Origin: Chrysemys picta bellii
Lineage: Eukaryota
Reading direction: 5' to 3'
DNA length: 64,000 nt
Assembly: GCF_011386835.1 (NCBI RefSeq)
Contig: NC_088814.1
Coordinates: 992,001-1,056,000, forward strand
Under the pieces are notes generated by a model. The model saw only the letters and a list, made by a program, of their open reading frames with translations, did not search any database and was not told the DNA's origin. Shown here one piece after another: positions 34,430 through 46,889 of this stretch. A program made the translations under genes and the position numbers. Within the stretch, counting starts at the first letter, position 1; every line of letters begins with the position of its first letter.

Positions 34430-35125
34430 CTAGAAACAAACACAGAGGTGCTTCTGATCAACATCTGGTTCCAGGCACAGCAGGATCTAGGCTTAAAGAG
34501 GTTTAAGGGGGTGACAAACGCAGTCAGACAAGCCACTCCTCCATGCAAACCTCACCATAATGTCAGTGGAACCTGAAGCTTCAACAAACAGCGGCTACAT
34601 CAACAGATGAATCCCGAGGCAAACCTCCAGCAGTGCTCCTGACACCTGCCCCCACTCCAGATGCCACCTGGGTGGAATACCAGGACGGGTCACCAAAGAG
34701 GACACCCTGCGCAGGGTTTGGATTCCCACCTGACCTGCTGAGGGCCAGCTGGGCTGACAAAGGTGGCAGGCAGGCAAGCCGCTGCGCTGGAGAGGGGGCA
34801 GACACCGGAGCTGCAGGGGGCAGTTGGACAACCGGACAACCAGCCATCAAAGCCAGGTGACTCCTCTGGAGCAGGGGTTCCCCCCTCCACGTGTGCAGCC
34901 GCTGCTGTTCCTGTCCCCCACCTCCTCCCCAGAGCCACCCCTGGCCACTCCAGACTGGGAGCAGTGTCCTGTCTGCTAGCGGGGTGTGCTGATGTCAGGG
35001 TGTCCCCCTCACCCATGCTCCTGATTTCCACTGATCTGGAGTGACGGGACAGGGGGAATCTGTGTATGCTGTTGCCTGTATGGGTCCTGAGGCTGCTTGT
35101 GTCTGAACACAAGCCTTAATAATAA

Positions 35126-35311
35126 TTTATGGAGATATCCTATCTCCTAGAGTTGGAAGGGACCCTGAAAGGTCATTGAGTCCAGCCCCCTGCCTTCACT
35201 AGCAGGACCAAGTACTGATTTTTGCCCCAGATCCCTAAGTGGCCCCCTCAAGGATTGAACTCACAATCCTGGGTTTAGCAGGCCAATGCTCAAACCACTG
35301 AGCTATCCCTC
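35126..35311 (-). mobile_element. Tortoise-type tRNA-derived SINE with a CR1-like tail
   Basis: Minus strand begins gagggatagctcagtggtttgagcattggcctgctaaacccagg (tRNA-like A/B boxes) and ends in cccttccaactctaggagat. Confidence 0.8.
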
Positions 35312-35859
35312 TCTCCTGACCCTGAGTGCTTTCTTAAAGAGACAGCGCAATCATACACTCAGGCACACACACATTCCCCTCAACACAATACACACTGTTT
35401 CACACACACAACACCAGGGCTTCTTGCATTCAGATCACTTCCCCACCTGGGCTGTGCTGAGACATCAGCAGCTGCTGCTCTCCTGCCCTCTCCGTATGCA
35501 GCCCAGGGGGTGCCCGGGGCAGAGGCGCAGCAGTGCCAGGTGGGTCAGTTTCCCCAGGTGGGTGCAGGAGGGAAATGCAGGGGTTAGGGGCTCAGGAGAG
35601 GGGTGCAGGGGTAGGAGTGACAGGGGCACAGTGCAGGGGATGGGGTGCAGGAGGGAGGGGAAGGGGTTGGGGGGACGGGAGGCTGGAAAGCCCATGGGCA
35701 CCAAAATGCAAGTTCGGCTGGGGTCCATACAGACGCGGGAGGCAGAGCGCGGGGCCCCGGCACGGGGGGCCTTGGGGTGACAGGAGGAAGGGGGTGCGGC
35801 GGGGGGCTCAAAGAGTGGAAGGGGCCTGTCCGGAGCGGGGCTGGCAGGGGAGATTCAGG

Positions 35860-36700
35860 GGGACCCCGTCGGGGCGGGGGCGGTTCCGAGGGGGCGGGGG
35901 GAGGGTTCCGAGGGGGCTCTGTGGGGGCGGTTCCGAGGGGGCTCTGTGGGGGCGGGGGCGGTTCCGGTTCCAAGGGGGCGGGGGGAGGGTTCCGAGAGGG
36001 TGGGGGGGGCTCTGTGGGGGCGGTTCCGAGGGGGCGGGGGGACTGTGTGGGGGCGGGGGCGGTTCCGAGGGGGGGGGGGGGCTCTGTGGGGCCGGGGGCG
36101 GTTCCGAGGGGGCGGGGGGCTCTATGGGGGCGGTTCCGAGGAGGCGGGGGCGGTTCCGAGGGGACGGGGGGCTCTGTGGGGGCGGTTCCGAGGGGGCGGG
36201 GGGGGGGCTGTGGGCCGGGGGCGGTTCCGAGGGGGCGGGGGGCTCTGTGGGGGCGGGGAGGGTTCCGAGGGGGGCTCTGTGGGGGCGGGGAGGGTTCCGA
36301 GGGGGCGGGGGGGCTCTGTAGGGCCGGGGGCGGTTCCGAGGGGGCGGGGGGGCTCTGTGGGGGCGGTTCCGAGGGGGGGGGCTCTGTGGGGCCGGAGGCG
36401 GTTCCGAGGGGGCGGGGGCGGTTCCGAGGGGGCGGTTCCGAAGGGGCGGGGGGGCTCTGTGGGGGCGGTTCCGAGGGGGCGGGGGGGCTCTGTGGGGGCG
36501 GTTCCGAGGGGGTGGGGGGGGCTCTGTGGGGGCGGGGGCGGTTCCGAGGGGGGCTCTGTGGGGCCGGGGGCGGTTCCGAGGAGGCGGGGGGGCTCTGTGG
36601 GGCCGGGGGCGGTTCCGAGGGGGGCTCTGTGGGGGCGGTTCCGAGGGGGCGGGGGGCTCTGTGGGGGCGGTTCCGAGGGGGCTCTGTGGGCCCGGCCCGG
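35860..36700. repeat. G-rich minisatellite filling the start of VPS25 intron 1
   Basis: About 30 copies of ggttccgagggg with gctctgtgggggc; ends within about 10 nt of the exon-1 donor. Confidence 0.95.
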
Positions 36701-36708
36701 GGACTCAC

Positions 36709-36755
36709 GTGAAGAACGGGGGGAAGCGATACTGCCAGGGCCACTCAAAGCTCAT
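36709..36755 (-). CDS. VPS25: VPS25 exon 1 (47 coding nt): MSFEWPWQYRFPPFFT; full CDS 528 nt, 175 aa
   Basis: ATG at 36755 with G at -3, PPFF motif, GTGAGT donor; the six exons sum to an intact ORF. Confidence 0.96.
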
Positions 36756-36774
36756 CTCCGCCACCCAGCGAACC

Positions 36775-36900
36775 CGGAACCGCCGCCTCACCGACTTCCG
36801 GTCCTCTGCACTGACTTCCGGTCCGCTTCATCGGTTTCCGTCCCGCCCTCAGCCTGGAAGGAAGGTTCCGGGCAGGATCCGTTCCGCCCCGTCTGCCTGG
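36775..36900 (-). promoter_or_regulatory. VPS25 core promoter with tandem ETS (GABP/ELK-type) sites
   Basis: acttccgg (CCGGAAGT on the minus strand) at 36794-36801 and 36814-36821, 20 bp apart, plus further ttccgg half-sites and GC boxes. Confidence 0.75.
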
Positions 36901-36989
36901 GGAGGCCGTGGGGAGCGTGAGCTGTGGCTGCAGGAGGTGGGTGGCACGGTCAGTACAAAGCTATATTTAGTTGTGGTGAACGCCCCAGC

Positions 36990-37082
36990 CTGCTAGCCAG
37001 GACGTCAGGGGTCTCTGCCATGCTCTGTGATCTTGGGCACGTCCCATTGCCTCTCTGCCTCAGTTTCCCCGGCTGCATAGCG
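36990..37082 (+). mobile_element. MIR/CORE-SINE remnant
   Basis: gtgatcttgggcacgtcccattgcctctctgcctcagtttcccc core motif. Confidence 0.55.
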
Positions 37083-40000
37083 CGGACAGGACTGACTGCT
37101 CGGGGGCAGTGTGAGATACACGAATATTTGTGCAGAACATTAAGATCCGCTCCTAAAGCTGCCCTGGAAAGGCCATAAAGTGGCTCGGCCTTGGGGGGCA
37201 CTTGGACATGTGCCTCAGGCTTCAGAGCAGCCAGGGTACTCCAGAGCTGCAGGCGAGGAGAGGGGCCCTAGCTGTGTGCATGGGGGGTGACTGTGCCAAG
37301 CATCAGTCTCATAACTTGGGAGAGGCAGCTGGATCCCGGCACGTGGGCCTTGGCCTGGCAGATCAATGCACCGACGAGTATCTTGGGGTTAGAAACCAGC
37401 TTGTGAATAACCTGGGAAGAGGGTTTCTCATCAGGTTTCATTTTTTTCTCTCGTCCTGGCCAGGTTGGAAATGCAGCTGCAGCAGCTCCCAGCCCCATCC
37501 CAGAGGCCTGTCTGCAGGGCAGGGCTGGGGCCTATGTGCCCAGCTGCACAGCAATCCCCTTCCTGGGCCACTGGCAGACCGGTCTCTATTGGGTGTTTAC
37601 TGTCTCTCTGTCTAACTGCCCTATCCCATGTGACGGGACAGCTGCCATCCTGGGGAGGAGGAATGGCAGGGTCACGGGTGGGCACCTTTCAAACCGATCC
37701 CGCCAGTTCTGCCCACACCCATCCAGGTGCCCTTGAGCCCCTTGCCTGTTCGCTGTTCCTTCCTTCCTTCCTTCTTCTCGTGAAGCCACGGCTGCTTCAT
37801 TCCCTCTCAAAGAGTCCCCTGGTGCTCTGCGGGAGGGGCACCCGCTGCTCTCAGCGACTGGCATTGGGAGGCCAGTCCAGGTGCTTGGAATGGGGCAAGT
37901 CCCCACACTCCCTGCGCCATCCCAGCGTGGCCTCATCCCTGACCGGGTGCCCCAAAGGCTGCTGCGCAGACCTAGGATTCCCCTGGGTGGTTGCAGAGTC
38001 ACCCTGCTTCTTCCCCACAGCCTCCGGCGCCTCGCTGCCCCTGGCTCCCTTCCTGCCCCCATCAGGCCTCCAGATCACCCCTGGGGCGGGGAGTACAGCA
38101 GGGGCAGGAATCCAGGGAGCTGCTCTCTCCCATCAGGGACAGCTGGTAGCACTGGGGTGTACTGGTCACTAGGGGCAGCCTTGCCCTCCCAGCCGGAGCA
38201 TGGCGCATTGGCAGACGGGGTGGGGGATGAGGTGACTGACCCTGCATGGCGCTGTCTGAGGGCCGCGGCTGGGCTGGGGCACTGCAGCGAGGCAAACGGT
38301 GACTCTCCAAATGTTCCATCCAGGCTGCAGCTGCCTGGGAGCTGGAGCCTGTCCCCGTGGCCATGCGGGCAGTGCTCGGAGCCCGGGCTCCTTCTGGGTG
38401 GGGTAGTCCATGTGCCCGATGAGGAGGGCCAAGCAGCCAGTACCTGGCCCGTTCTGCCCTGTCTGGGCCCCTGCACGCTGCCGTCACTGCAGGCCTGCAC
38501 ATCCCAGAGCGAGCTTCATGCACAAGGGTTGATAGCAGCAGCATTTACTCCCCTCATCACCTTGGCCCGGGGCTCTGGGAGGAGCCAGGTGCCAGCAGGG
38601 AGCCCTGCTCTCAGATCAGAACAGAGTGGGACATGGGGTGACACAGGCTGGGCCCAGCCTGGAGAGCCTCCATCCCCTGTGGCAGACTGGGCTCTGACTG
38701 CTGGGCGGCAGAGCTGTTGAGGGCCCTCTGGAAATGCTCACTGGGTCCTTCCCCCCTCACCTGCCCGAGGCTCATTCTGAGGCCATGTTGGGCCCCTGCT
38801 GTCAGCTAAGCAGAGGCTCCCCCAGAGGGACACAGCACAGGGCGTTCCTGGGAGCTGCAGAGACCTGGCCAGACCCCAGTGTCGCATCCCAGAGCACTTC
38901 TGTTCACTGCGCGGAGCGGACAGTGGGCGAGAGGAGGAAGGAAGGAGCCAGCAGAGAGGGCCTGGGGGCTTTGTTCCCCGACTGTCTGGGCAGGAAAGGG
39001 AACTGCAGAGGCAGGCTCATCTCCCTCCTGCACACGTGCTGCTGCCTTGCTGGGCAGGAGGGAGGCCTGGTGCCCACCCAGAGCCCTGGGAGCGACTCCT
39101 GGTCAAGGGTTGCCCGAGCCCAGACACTAGGGGAGAGTAGTGAGAGCCTGGTGAGGCTGGGAGCATTAGGGAACAAAGTCAGGGAGTCACGGCCCACCCT
39201 ACACACCAACCCCAGCAAGAACAAGCTACTGCCTGGCCCCACAAAGGGAGCGACGTGGGGTCCAACCCGGGGGGAGCTGACTGTGGGTGCACCCACCTCA
39301 CCGGGTGGATGCAGGCAGATAAGCGGCCCAGCTGGGGTAGGACCCCTGTGGGAGCTTCCCAGGCTCTGTGACGCTCCTGCCTGGAGCCACCACCCACACG
39401 TTCGTGGGCCTGTGGCAAACTGGGGCCAGGCTGCGCGCCGGAATGGGACTGACTCTCGGTCTGGATCTGAGAGCGAACGCTGCTGCGGAGGGGCTCCCCT
39501 CCCCCTTGGCTCCGGGTGCCACCCAGACTGGCAACAGCCCAGGCGGACAGGAGGGGCCCACTAAGCCACACGTCCCATGCTCAGCGTGGAGGAGGCATTG
39601 ACATTTAAACCAGCAGCATTTTCAGGGCATAGGCCACCCAGCAACTAGGCCAGGGAGAGCAGCAGGGCTGGCAAGAGAGAAGAGGCCCGGTGTGGGCTAC
39701 CGGCCACGGCTCCCCAGACTGCAGAGCCAGGTACAGTGGAGCTACCCGACAGGCTGGGTGCGCGCACACACACATACACACACACACACTACACACACTT
39801 GCCTGTCTTAGCAAACGAGATGTGCCCAGACGCAGGCGTGGCCGGGTCCTGCACAAACACAGACCTGCCCACAAGTGATCTGCGCAGGCCTCTGCCGGCA
39901 CCGATTCTCTCCCAGCCCCGCTCTCTGCACTGCTCCAAGGGAACCTGGCCCCACCCCGACCCCGGAGTCTGCCTGGCTCCAGCCCTGATGGGAGGGGAGC

Positions 40001-41460
40001 CAGCTCCCCTAGCACTTCCCCAGCGCTGCTTTGGTTGAGGTACCCAGGCCGAGGCAATCAGGGAGCCCCTGCACGACGAGGTCCTTGGCAGCTCGCGGGG
40101 CAGGTCGCTGGACTCAGTGTCATTATCCAAGAGAGGGAATCGCGGGGCCCACATGTCACCCAGCAACGTGCCATGGGCCAAGAGGTCTAGTAAGCCACCA
40201 GCTGGCCCCGGAGGAGCCTATGACCGGCCCCGAGTCCCTGCTCAGTGCCACGAAATTGAAGGGGAGACTGAATCCAGTTCCAGCCAACTCCCGGGGGGAC
40301 TGTGGCCCCGGGCACCAAGGGGGGCACTGCCCAGCTGGCAGGGGGGGAAGGGCTGGGGGTTGTCTCTAATTCCCATGCGTCTGCAGCAGCCAAGGCAAGA
40401 AACCGAACGGCGAAAGGAAGCGCCGGGGCTCGGGAAGGGAAGGTCTTTAATCTCCAGCTGGTTAACCAGGGAGCCTGTTTGCAAAGGGGATCAGAAGAAG
40501 ACAGTAAAAGAGGCACGCAGGCTCTGGTGTCACATGGCGAGGGAGCCTGCCCCTGGCATCAGAGCCCCATAAACAGGGCAGGGGAAACCCGCTGCCCTGG
40601 CATGACGTCCTGTCCCGAAACACAAGGCTTTCTCAGCAATGCAAGGCGAGGGGCCCCCTTCATGCACCCATGACGCCAGCCCTGGCATAGCCACCTCTGC
40701 TTGCTGGTGGGGCCTAGAAGGCAAAGCAACCGTGTGAGGGGAGGGGGTTTCTCTGGAGGATGTGACCCTTCTCCGCATGGAACTGGAGCCACTTTGTAAG
40801 TCAGTCCCCTCGGGCTTCCCCCGCCCGCTGCTCAGTGCAGATCAGGACCGACACAGGAGGGCGAACTCTCCATGGCGCTGGGGCTGCTGGAGGGGGTTTG
40901 CACTGGTTAAGCTGCGGTGAGCTGCGAGTGGGACCCCGGTAGGGGGTTACGTAGGGGTGAGATCCAGAGCAGAATCGCCCACGGGGCTCTCTCCTCCTGC
41001 TGGCGTCGGTGAGGTCTAGAGGCCTGGGATTGGAAGCCCAGCGCTGTAACCTCGTTTGAGCGGGTACAGCATGGTACAAACCCTGGGCGTTCAGCCAGAG
41101 ATGGAGGATGCTCCAGGGACTTGGAGGGGGCCGCTCCGGGCTGGTTCTCCAAGCGTCTCCGAACTGTGGGGCCTGGCAGTAGGGCCTGCGCGATGGGGCC
41201 TCTGCCGGCTCCTGCTTGTGGCCAGGTTGGAAACGGCGGGAGCGGAGCGGTGGTTCCAGTCCCAGCCGGAAGCGAGTGCTGCAGAGGTGGGGTGGAGCAC
41301 TCGGGCCTCCCAGCCTCTCCAGCGCTGGAGCTCAGCCAGCAGGCGAAGGCCCGGGGCTGGCTCCCGTGGGGCAATGTTCAGGTCGGGTCAGAGGTTCGAG
41401 CCAGGTCTGGTTCTCTAACACATTGGCGATGCCTCTGGCACCCCCGGAGCCCTTTGGCGC

Positions 41461-41716
41461 TCAGGACTGCATCTTGCCGTCCTTGCTCCTCCACACCACC
41501 AGGGTGACCAGGAAAGGGATGAGGCAGATGGGGGTGACGATGAGGGCCAGCAGCACGTCCTCTGGTGGGTCGAGGAAGACGGGGTACTCCTGGGTGCAGT
41601 TCAGGAAGAAAATGCGGTGGCTCTGGACGATGCACTCCTCGGCGATGCTGTTGGGGTAGCCGTAATTCTGTTTTTCGGCGAAGGTCTCCAGGCAGTGGCG
41701 GAGGTCGCTGTATGGC
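41461..41716 (-). CDS. RAMP2: RAMP2 exon 4: (R)PYSDLRHCLETFAEKQNYGYPNSIAEECIVQSHRIFFLNCTQEYPVFLDPPEDVLLALIVTPICLIPFLVTLVVWRSKDGKMQS*
   Basis: RAMP2 hallmarks PYSDL..CLE, DPPEDVLLA, PICLIPFL.TLVVWRSKD; acceptor ctcccccccag; TGA at 41461-41463. Confidence 0.95.
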
Positions 41717-42144
41717 CTGGGGGGGAGAGGGGACAAGCTGGGGAGTTTCCTACGGGACTGATGCATTATCCGGTGCTGTAAACTGGCTGTGGACCAGCAA
41801 GAACCGCAGCTGAGGAGCTGGGTTGGCTCACTGTGCCAGGACGGTCCCTTGCCGCAGGGCTGGCTGCTTTGCCCTGCCCCCAGCATACAACCGCCTCGTT
41901 CCCAACTCCCCGCTACCCTGCACCTCACACAGCCACGGGCCCCAGGCAACGTGGGGAGGACGCTGCTGCGTGCTCCAGCAGCTCTTTGCAGCTGCTTTGC
42001 ACGGGTGGAAATGGGGAACGCAGGGAACTGAGCCCATCAGTTGTCATGTGTGAGACTCCCTGACTGGCCTGTTGGGTCGCACTGCCAGGGGCTGGCTGGG
42101 CAGGGTGGGTGGAGCCTGGCTCCTCTCACCCACTGAGCTGCATA

Positions 42145-42262
42145 AAGGAGGCAGCCTCATTAGCCCCCTTGTACAGATGGGGAAACCGAGGCACGGGAAG
42201 GGCCATGGCTTGCCCAAGATCATGCAGCAGAGCTGGGAATTAACCCAGGACCCGAGTCCCGG
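42145..42262 (-). mobile_element. MIR/CORE-SINE remnant in RAMP2 intron 3
   Basis: ttgtacagatggggaaaccgaggcac...gcttgcccaagatca is the reverse complement of the MIR core. Confidence 0.6.
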
Positions 42263-42659
42263 TGTGGTTCCTTGCCCACTAGAACCACACCCCACCCCAG
42301 CCCTGCCCACAGGGCACGCACAAAGCCAGGCACACGCCTTCAAGCTGTGCCGTGGGAGCGCACGGGGGGCTGGAGAGGAGCTGGGGGGCAGCAGGGGGCA
42401 GGGAACACGAAAGCCCTGCATGTTTCAGCCACGCCCGGCTCTCCACAGGCCATGCTGACGCCAGACCTGCGCCGAGCAAAGCAGCAGGTGGGTTGGGTTC
42501 CTCAGCGGGCCGGGCGAGGGCCAGCAGGCCCCTGGGGAGCAGGTTAGAGTTGACAGCTCTGGGCTTGTTGGGAGGCAGACACAGCCGAAGTGCTGCCCAC
42601 CTTGGGAACCAGCTACAAGGACACCCACCTTGTGTTTCAGCTTTGCCTGCCAGGTGGAG

Positions 42660-42930
42660 TCCCCCTCCCTCTCCTCTTCCTCGTCCCCATCCCAACGTCC
42701 CCTACCCGTCTCCCTCCCATCCTGACCCTCTCCATCCCCATCCCGACCCCCCTTTCCTCGCCCCCTCCCTCTCCTCTTCCTCATCCCCATCCCAACGTTC
42801 CCTCCCCATCCCCCTCCCATCCCGACCCCCCCTTCCTCGCCCCCTCCTTCTCCTCTTCCTCGTCCCCATCCCAACGTCCCCTCCCTGTCCCCCTCCCATC
42901 CCGACCCCCCCCTTCCTCGCCCCCTCCCTG
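42660..42930. repeat. Pyrimidine-rich tandem repeat (about 75-100 bp, 3 copies)
   Basis: ctcctcttcctcgtccccatcccaacgtcccct...cccgacccccc repeated; strong purine/pyrimidine strand asymmetry. Confidence 0.85.
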
Positions 42931-43574
42931 TGGTGCTAGGTGCTCCACACGGCTCTGGAAATCAGTGTCCATTAACACACCCGAGTGCTCGGCGAACTCC
43001 CAGGTCCAAGCGGCCAGCGGGTCACAGGTGCCAGGCAGGAGGCAGGGCAGCTGGCCCCAGCCTGGGGAAAGAGGCTCCAGCACCTTGGACCCTCGGGCTG
43101 CTCGGCTGGGGCTGCTGGGGATTTCGGGCTTTTCAAACCAGCTGGGCCGGTTCCCCAAACACCTCATGCCCCTTTGGCACGTCCCGGTGGCCACACGGCT
43201 GGAGACTAACAGTTCCGCTCGGTTAGCGCCGGCGCATCGGAAATCGGGAACAAAACCAGCCTTTTCCTTTCATTCAACGTTCCCTGCAGAAAACAATCCC
43301 CAGCCCCAGCCGGGTGTCGGGCTCAGTGGGGCCCGGTAGAGCCAGTGGGACGCACACCCCTGCCACCCCACATGGGGTTCTCTGCTGGGTTCCCAGCCTC
43401 CCGGGTCTGAGAGCCCTGTGTGCTTTGCCCCCCGCGCCTCTGCTGGGCTGCTCGGGGCTCTCTGCAGCTCACAGGCTGGTGCCTGGTGGAAAGGGCTCTG
43501 CTGGGAACCAACAAGCAAACGCCACCGTGCGGCTTCATGCCCGGGGCTGGCCAATCCCCCGGCCCCGGCGGTAC

Positions 43575-43677
43575 CTGCTGATGACTCTCCATTCACACAG
43601 CTGCACCCTGGTCACGTTCATCATCCAGTGACTGAAATTGGCCCAGCAAATGAAGGCGTTCAGATTGTACAACTCAT
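43575..43677 (-). CDS. RAMP2: RAMP2 exon 3 (103 nt): (D)ELYNLNAFICWANFSHWMMNVTRVQLCEWRVIS(R)
   Basis: ttcttctttccag acceptor, GTACC donor; C-W...C.W..I.R pattern; phases 1 and 2 join the neighbouring exons. Confidence 0.9.
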
Positions 43678-43915
43678 CTGGAAAGAAGAAAACCAAAGCT
43701 CTTGGCTGCTGGCTCGGGCCTGGGAGCCCAGTGCTACCCGGTGGGCAGAGCGCCCACCCCTGGGGACAGGCAGCGACCGGGACAAAGCTGGCAAGGCTGG
43801 TCTCTGACTGATTCAAGCAGCTCCCCCCTGCCCAAGCCTGGAGTCCCCTTCTCAGCTACCCCTCCCCATTGCTCGCACACCAACTCCCAGCAGGGGTGGC
43901 TCTAGGGGCCCCCTC

Positions 43916-44900
43916 TGTGATGCTGGCAGGCCAGGTGCCAGCTCATGCCAAGGTCCCCATGTCTCAACTGACCACTGACAAATACACAGCGGGGCTCAGG
44001 CTGGCTCCCCTGGGGGTTTGTGGGGTTCAAGCAGGCAGTAGAGCTATAAGAATGGGGGTTTGTGTTTATTGGATGCTTGTGAGCGGCTCTTGGCACTATC
44101 TCACGTACGTCTGTAAGGGAATAGCTGAGCCGCCATATGGAGAGCCTCTCTGACCGTGTAAATCCCCAGCCAGGAGAGGGACTTTCACTAGTGCCACGTG
44201 CTGAGCTGTAGCACGGGTGTTACATTCTGCCCGGCAGGGCAGGTCCAGCGACACCCGACGCACTATTGTGGGATGTTAAAGAGGGCAGAAGACTTGGTGG
44301 CTCTGCTCTTGACCCCCCACGGAGATGAGTCGTGCAAGTGGATTCCTCCCATCAGCTGAGTTTGCAGCTCAGAGCACAGGGGAAGAGGGGAATAAAGACC
44401 CCTGACAAGAAGGAACTGGGTCTCCATGCTGCTTGGACTCTGGGGGCAAATTTTCTAGGCAGAAGCACGGGCTTCCCCAGCTGCTTAGCCTGGATTAGTC
44501 CTAAAGAACATACGGAGCTTGCTTATTATAGAAGCTTCTAGTACCCTTTGAAACATAAGCTTGTGCATGGGTGTTTACCTGCTGTAACCTTGTGAATAAC
44601 TCTCGTGTTTCCTTTTTCCTAGTTCTAAGAACTACGTCATGTAGTTCATTATCGGATTGGCTACAAGCATTGTCTTTAGTGTGAGATCTGAGCCGGTAAG
44701 TGAACTGAATATTGCTGTGATTCTTGGTGCAAGGGACCATCTCTCGCACAGGCAGGTGCCCCTGGGTGGCCAGGCAAGGGGTACCCCAGGGGACTGGCTG
44801 TGACTCCCCGTTAAGGTTGTTATGGTGCCGGAGGGGCTCACACTGGATAATAGGCTGGTGAGATCTAAGCACGGAGCTCAGCCAATCCGGCGCAGTAACA
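43916..44900 (+). mobile_element. Old solo LTR-like insertion in RAMP2 intron 2
   Basis: Starts tgtgatgctggcagg and ends cgcagtaaca; resembles a common turtle LTR from memory. No TSD recovered, so the boundaries are approximate. Confidence 0.5.
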
Positions 44901-45491
44901 GGCTGCCCTGAGGCTGGTGCTCGTGCTCCGGAGTCACTGCAGGCAGCTTGAGGCTCTCCATCAGACAGGGCTGAGGGTGGGCCCTGGCACAGGGCGGTGC
45001 AGTATGGACCTTGCCCAGTGGCAAAGCCCCAGCCTGAGGGACTGGCTGGATGGCACTAGGCGGTGGGCTGGGGAGGGGGCCTGCGAGGGCTGGAGGGATT
45101 CAGCAGCACTTATGTGTCCAGGACCCTGGCATTCTCAGGGCAGGTTACTGTGCCCATCCCCGCTGCCTCCAGGTGCCACGTGCAAGTCCCCGGTCCTGCC
45201 CTGGTAGCGTCTCCTCCCTGGGAGCTCTCAGGCCTGCAGGGCGCGGGGTGGGGCAGGACACACAAGCCATTGAGTCGACACGGGTCAGTGGTTCCCAGCG
45301 CTGATGGAGCCTGGAGACGCCCGGGGCGATGGCCCAGCTGCACCGCCCGTTCGTTGACAACGGGAGACAGGTGCCGGGCGGAGACTTGCTAGCCAGCGCC
45401 AGGGGAGGAATCCCTGGAGTCCCGGCTTGGTCCCAGCAGGGCGAGCTCCGTCTCACTGCTCCGCCCGCGGCCGGGCGCTCCTGGCACTTAC

Positions 45492-45614
45492 CCGCGGTCA
45501 CGTTGAGGAGCAGGTCCTCAGGCTCAATCACTGTCCAGTTCTGGCGCTCAGCCAGAGACTCGTTGGCTCCCGGCGTGGCGGTGCCTGCGGGATGGAGCCC
45601 GCTCCCGAGAGCCT
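45492..45614 (-). CDS. RAMP2: RAMP2 exon 2 (123 nt): (E)ALGSGLHPAGTATPGANESLAERQNWTVIEPEDLLLNVTA
   Basis: ttccccccctcctgcag acceptor, GTAAGT donor, symmetric phase 1, three N-glycosylation sequons; restores the frame between exons 1 and 3. Confidence 0.8.
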
Positions 45615-46889
45615 CTGCAGGAGGGGGGAACCTCAGTGAGACACAGCCCACGGGTTTGCTGCTGCCCAGCCAGGTGCCCTGCCCCGAACTGGCGGCTCGC
45701 GGGGGGCAGCGACATCCCTGGGCCGGTCCCTGGGTCCCTTTAACCAGGAATCCGGACGGGGCGCAAGGGGGTTTTCGATTCTAGAGGAGACACCAGAGAA
45801 GGGGCAGCGCTGGGGTGATCTGTGTGGGCTAGAAGCAGGTCTGAGCCCGACACACCCCGGCTCCCACCCCTCCCACCTCTGGCGGCTCCATCGCTCAGCC
45901 CAACGCCCCCCGGGGCCCCCCAGGGCTTCCTGGCTCGGTGCGTCTAGAAGGAACAGCCCTGTCAGTGCGCTGGCCTGAGCACCCGCTACACGCCCACAGC
46001 CCAGCCAGGCAGCTGCAGCAGGGGTGGGCGTGGGAGCAGAAAGGGGAAGCGAAGGGGGTGCGGGCTGGAGCCACCGGCAGGGCGGAGAAGCTCCAGCCCC
46101 ATACGGCGCCTCCCACGAGCGCCTCTCCTCTTTGCACATGGGTTAGCCCAGCTCCCCAGGCAGGGATCACCCCACCCCACTGCAGAGGGCTCAGGGGCCC
46201 TGTCCCCCTGCTCTCTGCCCTGGCTGCCAGCTCCCCACACACTGCCCCATCAGTGCCTCCCCTGGGACCCCTGGGGCCAGCGGGGAGCTGGTCTCAGTGA
46301 CCTGTGCAGTCCGTGGCTTCTCCGTGGAGGCTGCCCATGGTGCCAGCTGCCATGGCGTGGGGTGGAGGAGCCTCCTCCTTGGTCCGGGTGTGGGGAGTGG
46401 GGCGGGGGCTGGTGCCCCTGCAGTTCCAGCTTGGGTGATGTATAGACGGCCCCAGTGACCAGTTTGGTAGCGGCTTCCAGAGGGCTGGCTGTGGCTGGGG
46501 GTCTCTGAGTCCCTGAGGCGTTGGGGGGCGGGGGGCTCCACTGAGGGTGCTAAGGGCCTGGGGCCCCGAACAAGAGACTTCACTACGTAGGCCGACCTGC
46601 TCGGCTCCCCCTTGGCCCCCCCTCAATTTCCCAGCTGCTCCCCCTCCCCCCACCTCTTCCTGACTGGGACAGGGACTATGGGGCTGAGTCTGTGTCCTTG
46701 GGCAGGGCAGTAAATACCTCGACTCAGAGGGGCTCTGTGAGCCTGTGGCACCCAGTGCTGATGGCTCCCAGACCATCTGGGGCCAGGCTGGGAGTGTGGT
46801 GACCCCCGGGGAGAACCTGGAGTCACCCCAGCTCGTCCCCAGGGCAAGATGAGAGTCTGGCCAGGGGTTCACAGACTGCAAGAGGAGGG

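Noticed and set aside
35126-35311. tRNA gene (also 56693-56856)
   Set aside because: The tRNA-like head is fused to a CR1-like tail and lacks a complete cloverleaf, so it is a SINE.
35533-36920. Long Gly-, Pro- and Arg-rich ORFs on both strands (262-386 aa)
   Set aside because: These are translations of a stop-poor minisatellite in VPS25 intron 1.
37202-41400. Many 100-280 aa ORFs between VPS25 and RAMP2 as an additional gene
   Set aside because: No domain motifs and no consistent exon chain found by eye.
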